In this document: in pieces, positions 9,878 to 20,192 of the stretch
How positions within the stretch are numbered: the stretch's first letter is position 1
Layout: the number at the start of each line of letters is the position of its first letter
Origin: a virus
Taxonomy: Duplodnaviria > Caudoviricetes
DNA length: 64,000 nt
Direction: 5' to 3' (one strand)
Virus record (IMG/VR): IMGVR_UViG_3300050334_000106
Coordinates: 10,200 to 74,199 of that record
Notes under the pieces: generated by a model
The model's input: the letters and a program-made list of their open reading frames with translations, nothing else
Databases searched by the model: none
What the model was told of the DNA's origin: nothing
Position numbers and translations under genes: made by a program

Positions 9878-10462
9878 ATGTCATATGCCGGAAACAATCT
9901 ACGGGCTCGTGGACAGAGTTGTACTATTCTCCGGGACCCTGCTATCAACACGAAAGTTTCTATTAAACGGTCAACAAAATCAAGCCACGACCTCGGCTCG
10001 AGGGAAGCATATTGGGAAGGATTAATTCTATCTGATGTTGCTCTACTAAGTGGTGAAATCCTTCAGATAGACGGCAGCAAGTACCTGGTTCAGTCAACCA
10101 ATCCTGACCCGGCATCCGGTGAAACTGCCTTGTTTATCGCTAAATGCAATGCTGTTATTCAACATAAGAGGTATGTTGAAGATGTTGACGATAACGGAAA
10201 TTTGATTCAGGAGTGGCAGACGCTTCACTCCGATGTACCTTGCTATGGTGAAATAATAACCTATCGGCTCCGGCAAGAAGACCCAGGACTATTGGACAGC
10301 ACAAAATATACTTTTCAAGTCCCTAAAGCCCTGGGAGTTGTTTTACTTGATAGGTTTGTATACGGTAATGGTCCGGATAATAAATATCAAGTTTCAAGTA
10401 TTGATGAAATTGGAATGTCTGGTGTATCAAGAATTCAACTTGAATCTGATACCCGGCCATAA
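9878..10462 (+). CDS. Head closure / head-tail joining protein
   Basis: Position; beta-rich two-repeat pattern. Confidence 0.5.
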   Translation: MSYAGNNLRARGQSCTILRDPAINTKVSIKRSTKSSHDLGSREAYWEGLILSDVALLSGEILQIDGSKYLVQSTNPDPASGETALFIAKCNAVIQHKRYVEDVDDNGNLIQEWQTLHSDVPCYGEIITYRLRQEDPGLLDSTKYTFQVPKALGVVLLDRFVYGNGPDNKYQVSSIDEIGMSGVSRIQLESDTRP

Positions 10463-10484
10463 ATAAAATTTGGAGGCGAATTTT

Positions 10485-10757
10485 ATGACAAGAAGAAATA
10501 ATGCAAAGATACCAATACCGGGATTACCGGAAAGAATTCGATTATGCAGAGAAAAGTCCGGATACTCAATGGATAAGTTGATAGTGCATCTCGGGATAAC
10601 AAAATCTGCTTATAGGAACTATGAAACTGGCGAAGCTGAGCCATGTCTTGCTATCCTTGTTAAAATGTCATTGCTGTTTGGCGTTTCTGTAAACTTTTTA
10701 TTAGGAATTAAAGGTGACGAATTGCTTGGGAAGATAAACCCTGAGGAGGGCCTATGA
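10485..10757 (+). CDS. XRE-family HTH protein inside the neck module
   Basis: ERIRLCREKSGYS...LGITKSAYRNYETGEAEP...LFGVSVNFLLG. Confidence 0.85.
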   Translation: MTRRNNAKIPIPGLPERIRLCREKSGYSMDKLIVHLGITKSAYRNYETGEAEPCLAILVKMSLLFGVSVNFLLGIKGDELLGKINPEEGL

Positions 10758-11137
10758 GCGAAAAAGAATTGTATGCTGAATATCTCGGCGAAGGCTATCA
10801 CGCCAAACTACGGCATATGCTGACTGCTGATGAAACCCTTCTTCCTAACAGGATTATTGATGCCGATTTAAACATCCGTGGTATGAAACGGCTTGTTGCT
10901 CCAGCTTTGGAGAGAATGAACATGACAGGCAATAAAATTGATGATGAGCGAAAATGGAACCAGCTTTCCTCCGCCGCATTATATTATCTGGCTGGTATCC
11001 TATGCATGGCTATGAAAAGTCGTACCTCTGCCTCACCTTTTAATGTGCCAAAGTACAAGAAACCTTGGGATAAAAAACAGGCTGGTTATATGCAGAAAGC
11101 AAATCTATTAATGGAAGGACTGAGGCAAATGGGATAA
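10754..11137 (+). CDS. Second head-tail adaptor-like paralog
   Basis: GYHAKLRHMLTADETLLPNRIID aligns by eye with GWQQRIRDKLGVFDSYLLDSVIE of 9448..9876; ATGA overlap with the XRE gene. Confidence 0.5.
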   Translation: MSEKELYAEYLGEGYHAKLRHMLTADETLLPNRIIDADLNIRGMKRLVAPALERMNMTGNKIDDERKWNQLSSAALYYLAGILCMAMKSRTSASPFNVPKYKKPWDKKQAGYMQKANLLMEGLRQMG

Positions 11138-11181
11138 GGTTTGATTCAACCGGCTGTATTGCTGCACTAAAGCTTGAACTC

Positions 11182-11670
11182 ATGACATCCATGAAGCAAC
11201 TCCAGCAGGAACTTCTTGCCGAAGCCAAACAAGGAATGCTCACATCTGAAGGCGCTGAGGACTTAGAAGCTGATGATATCGGAATTGTGGCAAATGTGAT
11301 TATAGCCTCAATTGTCGGTGGTCCGTGGGCTGTACTTGACGAATGGGGCTATGGTTCATTGATGGACCCCAATAATCCTGCTCTCGAAGATTACAAAAGC
11401 AGTGGCATGTGGAATCCGGCCCGACGCGATAATAAAATCCGAAGCAGACCAAAGCAACCTGGGCAAACCGATATTTTTGGCAATTCTGTTGACGGCAGAG
11501 GAAAAGGCGGTCATGACCTTGAGGCAGATGGGAAAGTCCAGCCACAACCTCCATCTCATGCGCTACAAACTGCTTCAAGGTGGATGGCTAATGGCAGGAT
11601 GAAAGAAGTAATACAAAACACTATTAAAACCTTTCCTTTTGGAAGGTTTTTTATTGTGGATAAAAAATGA
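11182..11670 (+). CDS. Neck / tail-completion protein
   Basis: Position. The frame is open upstream (GIRFDSTGCIAALKLEL), so the true start may be near 11131-11134. Confidence 0.5.
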   Translation: MTSMKQLQQELLAEAKQGMLTSEGAEDLEADDIGIVANVIIASIVGGPWAVLDEWGYGSLMDPNNPALEDYKSSGMWNPARRDNKIRSRPKQPGQTDIFGNSVDGRGKGGHDLEADGKVQPQPPSHALQTASRWMANGRMKEVIQNTIKTFPFGRFFIVDKK

Positions 11671-11686
11671 CTTTGGAGGCGATTTT

Positions 11687-12676
11687 ATGGGCAGACCGGC
11701 AGAGGCGAGAATGAGGGTCGAGAGAGAATATGGTAAGCCAATCAAAGAATTAATGCAGGAATTGTATATCGACAAAAACATGCATAGTTCCGAGATCGCG
11801 AAATTATTAGGCGTAACTATAACACCAATTTTAAAATGGTGTAAAGCTTCGGGAATATCCATAAAACCTAGAGGTGGCAGAATTGATTTTCCTGAAAGCC
11901 TATATCCGCAAATGTTCAAATTGTATCAGGATGGTTTATCGTCTGCCGAGATTGCCGAAAAATTTGGCTGTTCAGATAACACTGTTCTCTCTGCAATAAG
12001 AAAACTTGGCGGGCACATTAAAACGCCGCGTGAAAGGGTTAAACGTACCTATACTCTAAACGAAAGTTATTTTTCAAATATTGATACGCCTATGAAAGCA
12101 TATTTTCTCGGATGGGCCGCTTCCGATGGATGTGTTAGAAAAGACAAAGATGGATATTCTTATAGACTAAAAATTCACGAGAAAGATATTGAAGTTATCC
12201 ATATGTTTAGGAAAGAAATCAGCTCGGATTCGCTTATTTGCTACGAAACCATGGCGAACGGAAACAAAGCGGCTTTCATCAAGGTATATTCGGCGCAGTT
12301 TGTTGACGACTTAATCTCTCGCGGCGTAATACCGAACAAAAGCAAAGTCATGTCTGCCCCGATTGGCTTGCCTTATGAACTGGAAGGACATTTTATACGA
12401 GGATATTTTGATGGCAATGGGTCTGTTATGTATTCACATAAGGGAATGAATTTTCTTAAAATTGAGTTTTCGGGTGCTACGCCAATAATTGAATGGATTG
12501 CAGAGAGCATTCAAAATCATACCGGACTCCCTAAAAATAAGGTCTGCATGCGTGAGCCATACTTCTCTACCCTATCGTATTCATGTTCAAAAGTATCTAT
12601 CATCAATAGATTCATTTATCCGACTGAAAATGAGTTTGGCCTGAATCGCAAGAAAATTTTACTTTTTACCGCATAA
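11687..12676 (+). CDS. Free-standing LAGLIDADG endonuclease with N-terminal HTH repeats
   Basis: Two motifs, AYFLGWAASDGCV and HFIRGYFDGNGSV; two HTH-like repeats; own RBS and terminator. Confidence 0.85.
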   Translation: MGRPAEARMRVEREYGKPIKELMQELYIDKNMHSSEIAKLLGVTITPILKWCKASGISIKPRGGRIDFPESLYPQMFKLYQDGLSSAEIAEKFGCSDNTVLSAIRKLGGHIKTPRERVKRTYTLNESYFSNIDTPMKAYFLGWAASDGCVRKDKDGYSYRLKIHEKDIEVIHMFRKEISSDSLICYETMANGNKAAFIKVYSAQFVDDLISRGVIPNKSKVMSAPIGLPYELEGHFIRGYFDGNGSVMYSHKGMNFLKIEFSGATPIIEWIAESIQNHTGLPKNKVCMREPYFSTLSYSCSKVSIINRFIYPTENEFGLNRKKILLFTA

Positions 12677-12689
12677 CAATTTTCATGTT

Positions 12690-12713
12690 GGCCGCCTGCA
12701 AGCGGTTATTTTT
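12690..12713 (+). terminator. Intrinsic terminator
   Basis: GCCGC-ctgcaa-GCGGT + TATTTTT. Confidence 0.55.
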
Positions 12714-12731
12714 ATGCCCTGAAAGGTGGTG

Positions 12732-13154
12732 ATGCCTTTGTACAATCCTTCGCAGGACCTTACGGCCGTACAGTCAATTTTAAAATCTGATTCATCCATA
12801 CTTGCCTTACTTGATCTTATTGGCGCAACACCTGTTAATATCGCAAAACGAATTATAAAGCGTAGCCAGTGGAATGACCTTGTTGGAAGTGATAAACGAT
12901 TATGCGTATATTTCCTCCCTGCTCGTAGAGCCCGCAACGAAAGTTTTTTTGAAGAAATCATGGAGATCGATTGTCATGTGCCGGCTATCGAAGATTACAA
13001 GGCTTGGCAGGTTCAGGAGCAGATTTTTAAATTACTTCACAAGAAAAAGGTAAATAGCAGATATATTTTTGCAGAGCCTCCGCTTGGTGAACTCCCCACC
13101 ATACCAGGCTTTTTTTGTTGCGGGAGCAGATACAGATTTTACAGAAATCTTTGA
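12732..13154 (+). CDS. Tail terminator protein
   Basis: Directly upstream of the tail tube gene; typical size. Confidence 0.6.
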   Translation: MPLYNPSQDLTAVQSILKSDSSILALLDLIGATPVNIAKRIIKRSQWNDLVGSDKRLCVYFLPARRARNESFFEEIMEIDCHVPAIEDYKAWQVQEQIFKLLHKKKVNSRYIFAEPPLGELPTIPGFFCCGSRYRFYRNL

Positions 13155-13167
13155 AAGGATGTGTTTT

Positions 13168-13950
13168 ATGCAACCAATTTATTTTTCCAAGGCTGGAAAA
13201 CTTCAGCTTAACAAGTACGTGAATGGTATCCCTGTAAGAAGTGCTACCACTTCATACTTCAGGAATGGTGCTGTGCAGCAGATTACACCCAACATCACAA
13301 TTAATGGTTCACCAATCGCTGATGGTAATAGCCTTTGGAACGCTGCAAATCCGGATACCAGTATCGAAGGTACTCTGGCAGTCCAGTTGGGTTTTATGCC
13401 TCCTGAACTTTACGCCTTCATTATGGGTGATACTTCCGAGGAATTGACTAATGCTTCATTCCCTGTTGTGGATGAAGAAATCATAGTTCCGATGAAAGCC
13501 CCTTATACGGTTAAGCTCAAGCATGAGCCAATTGTCAATACTCCATTCCTGCTGGTCGATAGAGATGCAAAGGCTTGGGAGTCTGCAACATCAACAGCGG
13601 CAGCCGGTAAATATCTTCTTGATGGAGACGAACTTGAATTCGTAGCCGCAGATGCAGGTAAAGCTTTATTTGTCTCTTACGATTATCAGGCAGCTACTGC
13701 CACTAGGTTTGGACTTCCAAAAACTCCAGTCAGACCTGCATATCAACTTATCATATCCTCTGAGGCCACAGGTGAGGACGACACATTGTTTGAGGCGGCT
13801 ATTGTTGTTGATAAATGTAAGGTAATGGGTTCAATCAATCCGCCACAGCAGGGCGGTACCCCTCAACCGGTTACAGTTACCTTTACAATTTTGAAGCCTC
13901 GTGGCAATAACAGAGCTGTCGATTATACAGTAACCCCTATAACTGCATAA
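13168..13950 (+). CDS. Major tail (tube) protein
   Basis: Position; ATG 13168 after GAAAGGA; ends PQPVTVTFTILKP. Confidence 0.75.
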   Translation: MQPIYFSKAGKLQLNKYVNGIPVRSATTSYFRNGAVQQITPNITINGSPIADGNSLWNAANPDTSIEGTLAVQLGFMPPELYAFIMGDTSEELTNASFPVVDEEIIVPMKAPYTVKLKHEPIVNTPFLLVDRDAKAWESATSTAAAGKYLLDGDELEFVAADAGKALFVSYDYQAATATRFGLPKTPVRPAYQLIISSEATGEDDTLFEAAIVVDKCKVMGSINPPQQGGTPQPVTVTFTILKPRGNNRAVDYTVTPITA

Positions 13951-13963
13951 GGAGGAATAATTT

Positions 13964-14290
13964 ATGGGTAATGTAACTGAAAAGACACCTATTTCCTTCG
14001 GTGTAATGGCTGGGGAGGGTGAGTCTTTTGTTATCAACGAAAAAAGCTACACCGTAAAGCCTATGCTTGTCGGTGATGCTCTCAGGTTTGCAGAAGATGG
14101 GTTATTTATCGATGTTCAGCTTTTTAATCTCGGAAACAAAAAGGCCAAAGCAAAGCTTGATGAATACCTGTCCAGGTACTGCATTGATGAAAATAATGAA
14201 TCAATGTCAATTGAAAAAATCACTGCTGATAACTGGAATCTCGTCCATTTAAAGCAGTTTGTTAAAAAGTTGGTTGATATATCGGGCTGA
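13964..14290 (+). CDS. Tail assembly chaperone (G)
   Basis: Between the tail tube and tape measure genes. Confidence 0.75.
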   Translation: MGNVTEKTPISFGVMAGEGESFVINEKSYTVKPMLVGDALRFAEDGLFIDVQLFNLGNKKAKAKLDEYLSRYCIDENNESMSIEKITADNWNLVHLKQFVKKLVDISG

Positions 14291-14580
14291 CGGAGGCCCC
14301 TTCTGGAGACAGTGGAGGGAATGAAAAACCGCCACCTACTGATTGGGGTGTGACTTATACTCGACTCCTTGATGCCGGGCTCAGATATGATGATATTCCC
14401 AAGAGGACGCTTCCTCAAATCAAAGCCATTCTCGGAGAATGGTCCGAGATACGGGTCAACATTCCAAATATCTTTGGCGCAACGGCGACAGCTGCTCCCC
14501 CTCCCCCGCCTCCAGATAGCGGGCCTCCAAAGGTAAGTCAATTTGCCGCTCTTGCTGGCATGTTCGGCGGAATCCATTAA
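14278..14580 (+). CDS. Tail assembly chaperone extension (T), probably reached by -1 frameshift
   Basis: The -1 frame is open from 14278 and overlaps the chaperone stop; DWGVTYTRLL...Pro-rich tail. Confidence 0.6.
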   Translation, partial: YIGLTEAPSGDSGGNEKPPPTDWGVTYTRLLDAGLRYDDIPKRTLPQIKAILGEWSEIRVNIPNIFGATATAAPPPPPPDSGPPKVSQFAALAGMFGGIH

Positions 14581-14597
14581 AAGTGTGGTGATTACAT

Positions 14598-17500
14598 ATG
14601 TCAGACGATTCATCTATGGTTAAAATAATTGACACATTGGGCTTGGACTACAACCCTGCAATCCAATCTACTATCAAATTTGAGAAAACTATTACTGACC
14701 TTCAGACCGAGCTTTTGGCTTTAAAGGCCGCCGCAGGACACACAGCTAAAGATATAAACATCTCGTTTGCTGTTGAACTGAGTAAATTAAAATCCCAGGG
14801 ATTCGGAATATCGGTTAAGGATGTAACCCAATCAAAAGTCATACTTGACCAATATGGAAATACACTAAAAAATATCAGTGAAGAAGCTTCAAAAGCAAAA
14901 GAATCAATCAAGCAAAGTACATTATCATCTATGGACGCTCAAGCAGCATCTATTCAACAAAGAGTTTCTGCGAAAGGTTTAAGTGAAGAATATAAACTAC
15001 AAGCCGCTCTTATACGGAACCAAGTTACAGTACTCCAAGAGAAACTGGCGGCAGAAGGCAAATTGTCAGCTGAAGAAATTAAGCAAACTGTTCAATTGAA
15101 AGAACAGCTAAATATTCTTAAATCACAAACCCGGGCAAGTATTGCAGATGATGCGAGTAATCCCAATATATTTACTCAAGGCTTCCAGCGTCGTGCCGAA
15201 TGGTTTATGACAGGAAGCCTTTTCTTCGGGGTTACCAATGGTGCGAAAGATGCTGTAAAAGCAATATCTGATGTAGAAATGGGTATAACTGAAATCGCCC
15301 GTGTAATGGAAGATTCAACTTTCCAGTTTAATCAATACAGAGACGACATAATACAGTTTGGTGTTGATTACGGCCAGACCTTCGACAATGTTCAGGATAT
15401 AGCTCTTAGGTGGGCACAGGCTGGTTATAATGTATCGGATAGTTTAGAAAATACTCGGACATCTCTGCTTGCACTAAATACTGCCGAACTCGATGCAAAA
15501 GCAGCAACAGAGGACTTGATCGGTATAATGGCTCAGTGGCAATTGACTTCTGCCGACTTACCTTTGGTATTGGATGAAATCAACAAGACTGCCGATGACT
15601 TCACTGTAACATCTCAGGATCTTGTAGACGGCCTGCTCCGCTCATCAGGAGCGGCAAAAATAATGGGGCTGTCAATTGAACAGACCATTTCCCTGCTTAC
15701 TGTCATGCGTGAAGCTTCCGGAAGGACTGGACGTGAAGTTGGTAATGCCCTTAATTCAATACTTTCATATATCCAAAGGCCTATCGCTATAAAAACTCTT
15801 GAAACTAATGGAATTCAAGTATTTGCTGATGCCGCTAAAACTCAGTTCAGGAATGTCATGGAGATATTCCAGGATATTGCTGCAAAATGGCCCACACTAT
15901 CTGCAGATATTCAGGATGGATTCGTAAAAGCAGCAGATGATGCTGGTCTTTACAATGAAGAGCTGGCAAATGCTATCGGGACACAAGAAGAATGGAATGA
16001 TTTACAGCAGAGAGACCTTGCTCAGGCTGCAGCTGGTGTCTACCGTAGAAATTACTTTATAGGCATGATTGAAAGATTGTCTGGAGCTCAGGAAGTACTT
16101 AATAACATGACTGATGCCGCCGGGTATTCTATGGTCGAAAACGAAAGAACCATGGATACCCTGGAGAAGAAATATCAATCCTTACAGGCTGCTGCTACAC
16201 AGTTGGCAGTTTCTATGGGTGATGCTGGCATGACAGGTGTTCTAAAAGGCTTGACTGATGCTGGTACCGGAACATTGGAACTGCTTAACTCTTTGGATCC
16301 TAATCTGAGAAATTTCATTGTATTGTGGGCGGAATTAGCTGCTGTCATAAAAACCTCCCAAATGGCGCTGAGACTTATTGGTGTTGAATTGCCAGTAATC
16401 GCTTCATTAACAACGGGCATTGCAGGACTGAAAGCTGCTGTCACTGGGCTAGCTGCAAGTGTTAAAGGATTCTTTGTTGCAAACTGGCCATTACTTGCTA
16501 TAACCGGAGTTGTCGCGGCCATTGTAGCAATTGCCTCTGCTATTAAAAAAGCCGATGAGGAACAGAAACAATTTATTGAGAGCACAAAGAAAAACATTGA
16601 ATCTCTGACGGATCAAAAAACCGGCTTACAACAGTTATCTTCCGAATACGAAACCCTGAAATCGAAGGAACAGAACTTAACTGCTACTGCTGACGAAAAG
16701 ATCAGATTGCTTGAAGTTCAAAAGGAATTGGTTTCTCAGTATGGTGTTTCAATATCTGGTATTAATGCAGAAGGTGAGGCTTATTCAGATTCCATAGAAA
16801 TGATTAAACTCAGAACGAAGGCTCTTGAAGATGAACTCGCAGTGGAACAAAAGAGGCTTGAGACTGCTGTTCAGGCTAAAGATAGTGATGATGTTTCAAA
16901 GCTAGAGGATTCAATCAAAAAGCGAGATACTGCCTATAAAAGCCTCCAAGAAACTCAACAAAAAATTGCTGATATGCAAAAAGCACTTGAAACTGGAGGA
17001 AAAATCAATCTCGGTTCAGGAATTGTTTATAATGCTTCTAACCCAGAACAGGCAAAGTGGTTAAAATCTTCTATTGAGTCTTATAGTCAAGTAGCTTCGG
17101 AAATAGAACAAGCATACACTAAATTCAATAGCAAAATATCTGATATTTCAAAAGATCGCCAGCAATTGCTTCAAAACGATGCCTCATCAATTATTAAGCA
17201 ATTGCAGGATAATGGCACAAAGGTATCCGATTCAGCTCGAGCCTTCGCCTCCGAATTTGCAAAGTCGCTGGCATTGCATCCCAAGGATATTCAGTCTCAG
17301 CGGGATGCCTTAAAGGGTTTTATTGATCAAATCAACGATTCAGACTTTGATGAAGCAATACAGAAATATAACGATTTTAAGGCTAAAGGTGATAATGTTG
17401 GTATTGATAATGCCTCAAAAGTAATTATTGAACTTACCCATGCTTTTGCCGCAGGCAAACCTGAACTTGATAATTTCGTTTTGACCATGGAATCAATGTT

Positions 17501-19676
17501 CGGTGACAGCTCCACCATTAAAGCAGCCAACAGCACTCTCCCGGTATTTGCGAGTAATTTATCCGGCCTCGCTTCAAAGTTCTCACAGAACACTTCAGAG
17601 ATTAAAAATCTGAACAATGTTATGAATACCTTGAACAAAAAGGAATCTCTGTCAGCTGAGCAGGTAGCTGAATTGCTTATTCAATATCCGGAATTAGTTG
17701 GCGCCATCCACGAAACTGCCGACGGGTATACTATTGAGTCCTCCGCTCTTGAAATACTTAGACAAGCAAGGATAAAGGAACAGGCTGATGCTTTAAAGGC
17801 GGAACTCGGAATAACAGAGGTTACCACAGCGGAACTTGGAAATCGGCTAAAGGTATACGGTATAGAAATAAGCGCCATAAAAACATTAAGTGACGCTCGA
17901 AATGCTGCGGCAAATATATCAGGCCCTCCTGAAAATTTACGTGGCATTATTCCTGATGCAGCCTTTAAAAGCACGGATGATTTAAAGAAAACTCTTTATG
18001 ATTATGGTGAAGCGCTGGATTTAATTAATTCTCTTCAGGACAAAATTTCAAATCCGAAATTTGGAGTTTCAAGTAAATCTGGCAGTTCTAAAACCGAGAA
18101 CAAAGCTCTGGATAATGCTTTGAAGCAACTTGAGCACCGCAAGAGGATGTCAGAGGAAACCGTTGCATCAATTCAGACAGAAATAAAAGAACTCAACAGG
18201 ATAAATTCTCTCTATGCCAAAACCGCAGATGAGCGAATGGATATGGACGAGCGTATTTATGATGCTGAAAAACGACTCAAAGACAAACGTCTACAGAATT
18301 CTGTAAATTGGATATCTGAACAAAAAGAGCTTGGGAAAATGTCTGTAGCTCAGGAAATTGCTGCTTGGGAAAATGTTCTGAAAACCCAGAAAAATAATAA
18401 TGAGGCTGTAAAACAGGCTACCTTGAATTTGTATAAACTTAAGTCTCAGCTTGCGGAAGAAACTACTCAGAAGGAAACAAACAGTATTGAGCACTGGGCT
18501 AAAATAGGTGTTTATAGTGTTCAACAGCAGATTGATAAGTATAGAGAACTCTACAAGGTCAAGGCTAAAGACCAGGCTGAAGAATACAAGCGCACTGAGA
18601 ATTTGTTTGGTCTTTATAAAGACCTTCTGGATGAGCAACAAAAATCCATAAAAGACGCATATGACGAGCGGATTAAGCAAATTGAAAACGAAGCTAAGGA
18701 AAAGAAAAAGGCTCAGGAAGAAATAATCAAGGGCATTGAAGCTGAGGAAAAAGCTCTTGATAGGCTTGAAGTTGAACATGACTATGCCAATGAAATGGCC
18801 GAGCTCAGAGAGCAGCTTGCATATTGGAGTGTCAGAACTTCCGAAGAAGCTCGGCAAAAGGTTGCTGACCTCAACAAACAGATTGCCGAGAAAGAGCATG
18901 ATCATGAGGTTGAGCTCCAAAAGCAAGGACTTGAGGATAAAAAGCAGACTGCTCAGGACGCAATTGATGCAATTGAAAAAGCAGCAACTGAAGAAAAAGA
19001 GAAATGGGAAACTACTTATAAACTTATTGAAAAAGCCTTTGATGAACACAGCGCGGATATCGTAGCCCGAGCAGGTGCTATGTCAAAAGAAGCTTATCAG
19101 CAATGGGTCGATAATTATCTTACTCCCCTTCAGAATGCTCTTAAATCTGGGGATTTAGGTAACTTTGAATCAGTGACCGGCGGCTTGCAAGACTCTGTAA
19201 ATGCTCTCCCCTCCCATGACTGGGGAATGTCGGATGCTGATTATCAAGCCTTTATGTCAAACGGTCAAAGATGGGCTGACCTTCACGCGCAGGGACATAA
19301 GCCGGCAGACAACAAAGAAATGCAAGGCCTACATGCTGCTAATGATGAACTCCGAAAAAAGTATGGACACAACCCTGCCCTCGGTGAAATGCCAGAATTC
19401 CATACCGGTGCAGAGACACTATCTTATGGCATTGCTAATTTCAAGCCTGGGGAATTAGTCTTTCCTCCCCACCTTTCGACTGACCTGAAAACAATAATTC
19501 AATATGCTCAGGCCGGAGCTTTTAGGCAATCTGGTTTTCAATCTTCAACCACTGATAATCGAAAGCAGGTGCAATTCAACGGGCCTTTGTTGCATGTTGA
19601 AAATATGAATATGGAAGATCAGGCGGATGAGCAAAGCCTTGCAGGTGAATTAAAAAGAGCTGTTGCCCGAATTTAA
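14598..19676 (+). CDS. Tape measure protein
   Basis: 1692 aa, helical/coiled-coil, TP901-type core (AQAGY, DEINKTADDFTV, GNALNSI), hydrophobic mid-segment. Confidence 0.92.
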   Translation: MSDDSSMVKIIDTLGLDYNPAIQSTIKFEKTITDLQTELLALKAAAGHTAKDINISFAVELSKLKSQGFGISVKDVTQSKVILDQYGNTLKNISEEASKAKESIKQSTLSSMDAQAASIQQRVSAKGLSEEYKLQAALIRNQVTVLQEKLAAEGKLSAEEIKQTVQLKEQLNILKSQTRASIADDASNPNIFTQGFQRRAEWFMTGSLFFGVTNGAKDAVKAISDVEMGITEIARVMEDSTFQFNQYRDDIIQFGVDYGQTFDNVQDIALRWAQAGYNVSDSLENTRTSLLALNTAELDAKAATEDLIGIMAQWQLTSADLPLVLDEINKTADDFTVTSQDLVDGLLRSSGAAKIMGLSIEQTISLLTVMREASGRTGREVGNALNSILSYIQRPIAIKTLETNGIQVFADAAKTQFRNVMEIFQDIAAKWPTLSADIQDGFVKAADDAGLYNEELANAIGTQEEWNDLQQRDLAQAAAGVYRRNYFIGMIERLSGAQEVLNNMTDAAGYSMVENERTMDTLEKKYQSLQAAATQLAVSMGDAGMTGVLKGLTDAGTGTLELLNSLDPNLRNFIVLWAELAAVIKTSQMALRLIGVELPVIASLTTGIAGLKAAVTGLAASVKGFFVANWPLLAITGVVAAIVAIASAIKKADEEQKQFIESTKKNIESLTDQKTGLQQLSSEYETLKSKEQNLTATADEKIRLLEVQKELVSQYGVSISGINAEGEAYSDSIEMIKLRTKALEDELAVEQKRLETAVQAKDSDDVSKLEDSIKKRDTAYKSLQETQQKIADMQKALETGGKINLGSGIVYNASNPEQAKWLKSSIESYSQVASEIEQAYTKFNSKISDISKDRQQLLQNDASSIIKQLQDNGTKVSDSARAFASEFAKSLALHPKDIQSQRDALKGFIDQINDSDFDEAIQKYNDFKAKGDNVGIDNASKVIIELTHAFAAGKPELDNFVLTMESMFGDSSTIKAANSTLPVFASNLSGLASKFSQNTSEIKNLNNVMNTLNKKESLSAEQVAELLIQYPELVGAIHETADGYTIESSALEILRQARIKEQADALKAELGITEVTTAELGNRLKVYGIEISAIKTLSDARNAAANISGPPENLRGIIPDAAFKSTDDLKKTLYDYGEALDLINSLQDKISNPKFGVSSKSGSSKTENKALDNALKQLEHRKRMSEETVASIQTEIKELNRINSLYAKTADERMDMDERIYDAEKRLKDKRLQNSVNWISEQKELGKMSVAQEIAAWENVLKTQKNNNEAVKQATLNLYKLKSQLAEETTQKETNSIEHWAKIGVYSVQQQIDKYRELYKVKAKDQAEEYKRTENLFGLYKDLLDEQQKSIKDAYDERIKQIENEAKEKKKAQEEIIKGIEAEEKALDRLEVEHDYANEMAELREQLAYWSVRTSEEARQKVADLNKQIAEKEHDHEVELQKQGLEDKKQTAQDAIDAIEKAATEEKEKWETTYKLIEKAFDEHSADIVARAGAMSKEAYQQWVDNYLTPLQNALKSGDLGNFESVTGGLQDSVNALPSHDWGMSDADYQAFMSNGQRWADLHAQGHKPADNKEMQGLHAANDELRKKYGHNPALGEMPEFHTGAETLSYGIANFKPGELVFPPHLSTDLKTIIQYAQAGAFRQSGFQSSTTDNRKQVQFNGPLLHVENMNMEDQADEQSLAGELKRAVARI

Positions 19677-19685
19677 CGAAAGAAG

Positions 19686-20192
19686 GTGTATATATTGTAT
19701 GAATTATTTGAGAAAGTGGTTGATTCGGTTAAACCTGCAGTGGCCCTATTGTGGGCAGGAATAACATATTTAATATTCCCGGAACAAAGTTTTATTGCCT
19801 GGTGTATTGCGTTATGGGTAGCTGTGGTTCTTGACCTGTTAACAAGATGGTTTGCCATCTTCTCTAAAAACGGAGGGGTAGCAAAATCTCTGAAAACAAA
19901 AGCCTGGAACTCTGAAACCATGTTTCACAAGACTGCAATAAAAATCGTTGCATATCTGGTAATACAGATCCTTGCGGGCTTATCAATGAGATTTGTGGAC
20001 ATCCCATATATTAGTAATATAGTGGCGACGGTTATTTATTCTTTTCTATTCTTTCGTGAGTTTGCATCAAACATTGAAAATCTCATAGATGCTGGGGCTG
20101 ACTATTTACAGCCCCTCCTGTTTTGGGTAAAAAAGAAAGAATCCGCAGTCTTGGATAAGGACAAGGAGGGTGATAATAATGAGCGCATCTAA
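19686..20192 (+). CDS. Holin
   Basis: Several TM segments; REFASNIENLIDAG motif; overlaps the endolysin start. Confidence 0.8.
   Translation: MYILYELFEKVVDSVKPAVALLWAGITYLIFPEQSFIAWCIALWVAVVLDLLTRWFAIFSKNGGVAKSLKTKAWNSETMFHKTAIKIVAYLVIQILAGLSMRFVDIPYISNIVATVIYSFLFFREFASNIENLIDAGADYLQPLLFWVKKKESAVLDKDKEGDNNERI

Noticed and set aside
11671-12713. Group I intron around the LAGLIDADG ORF
   Set aside because: Flanking genes appear complete, flanks are too short for a ribozyme core, and no P7-type motifs were recognised.
14288-14352. UGA-C stop readthrough of the tail chaperone
   Set aside because: Readthrough stays in a frame that closes after about 20 codons; the conserved-looking extension is in the -1 frame.
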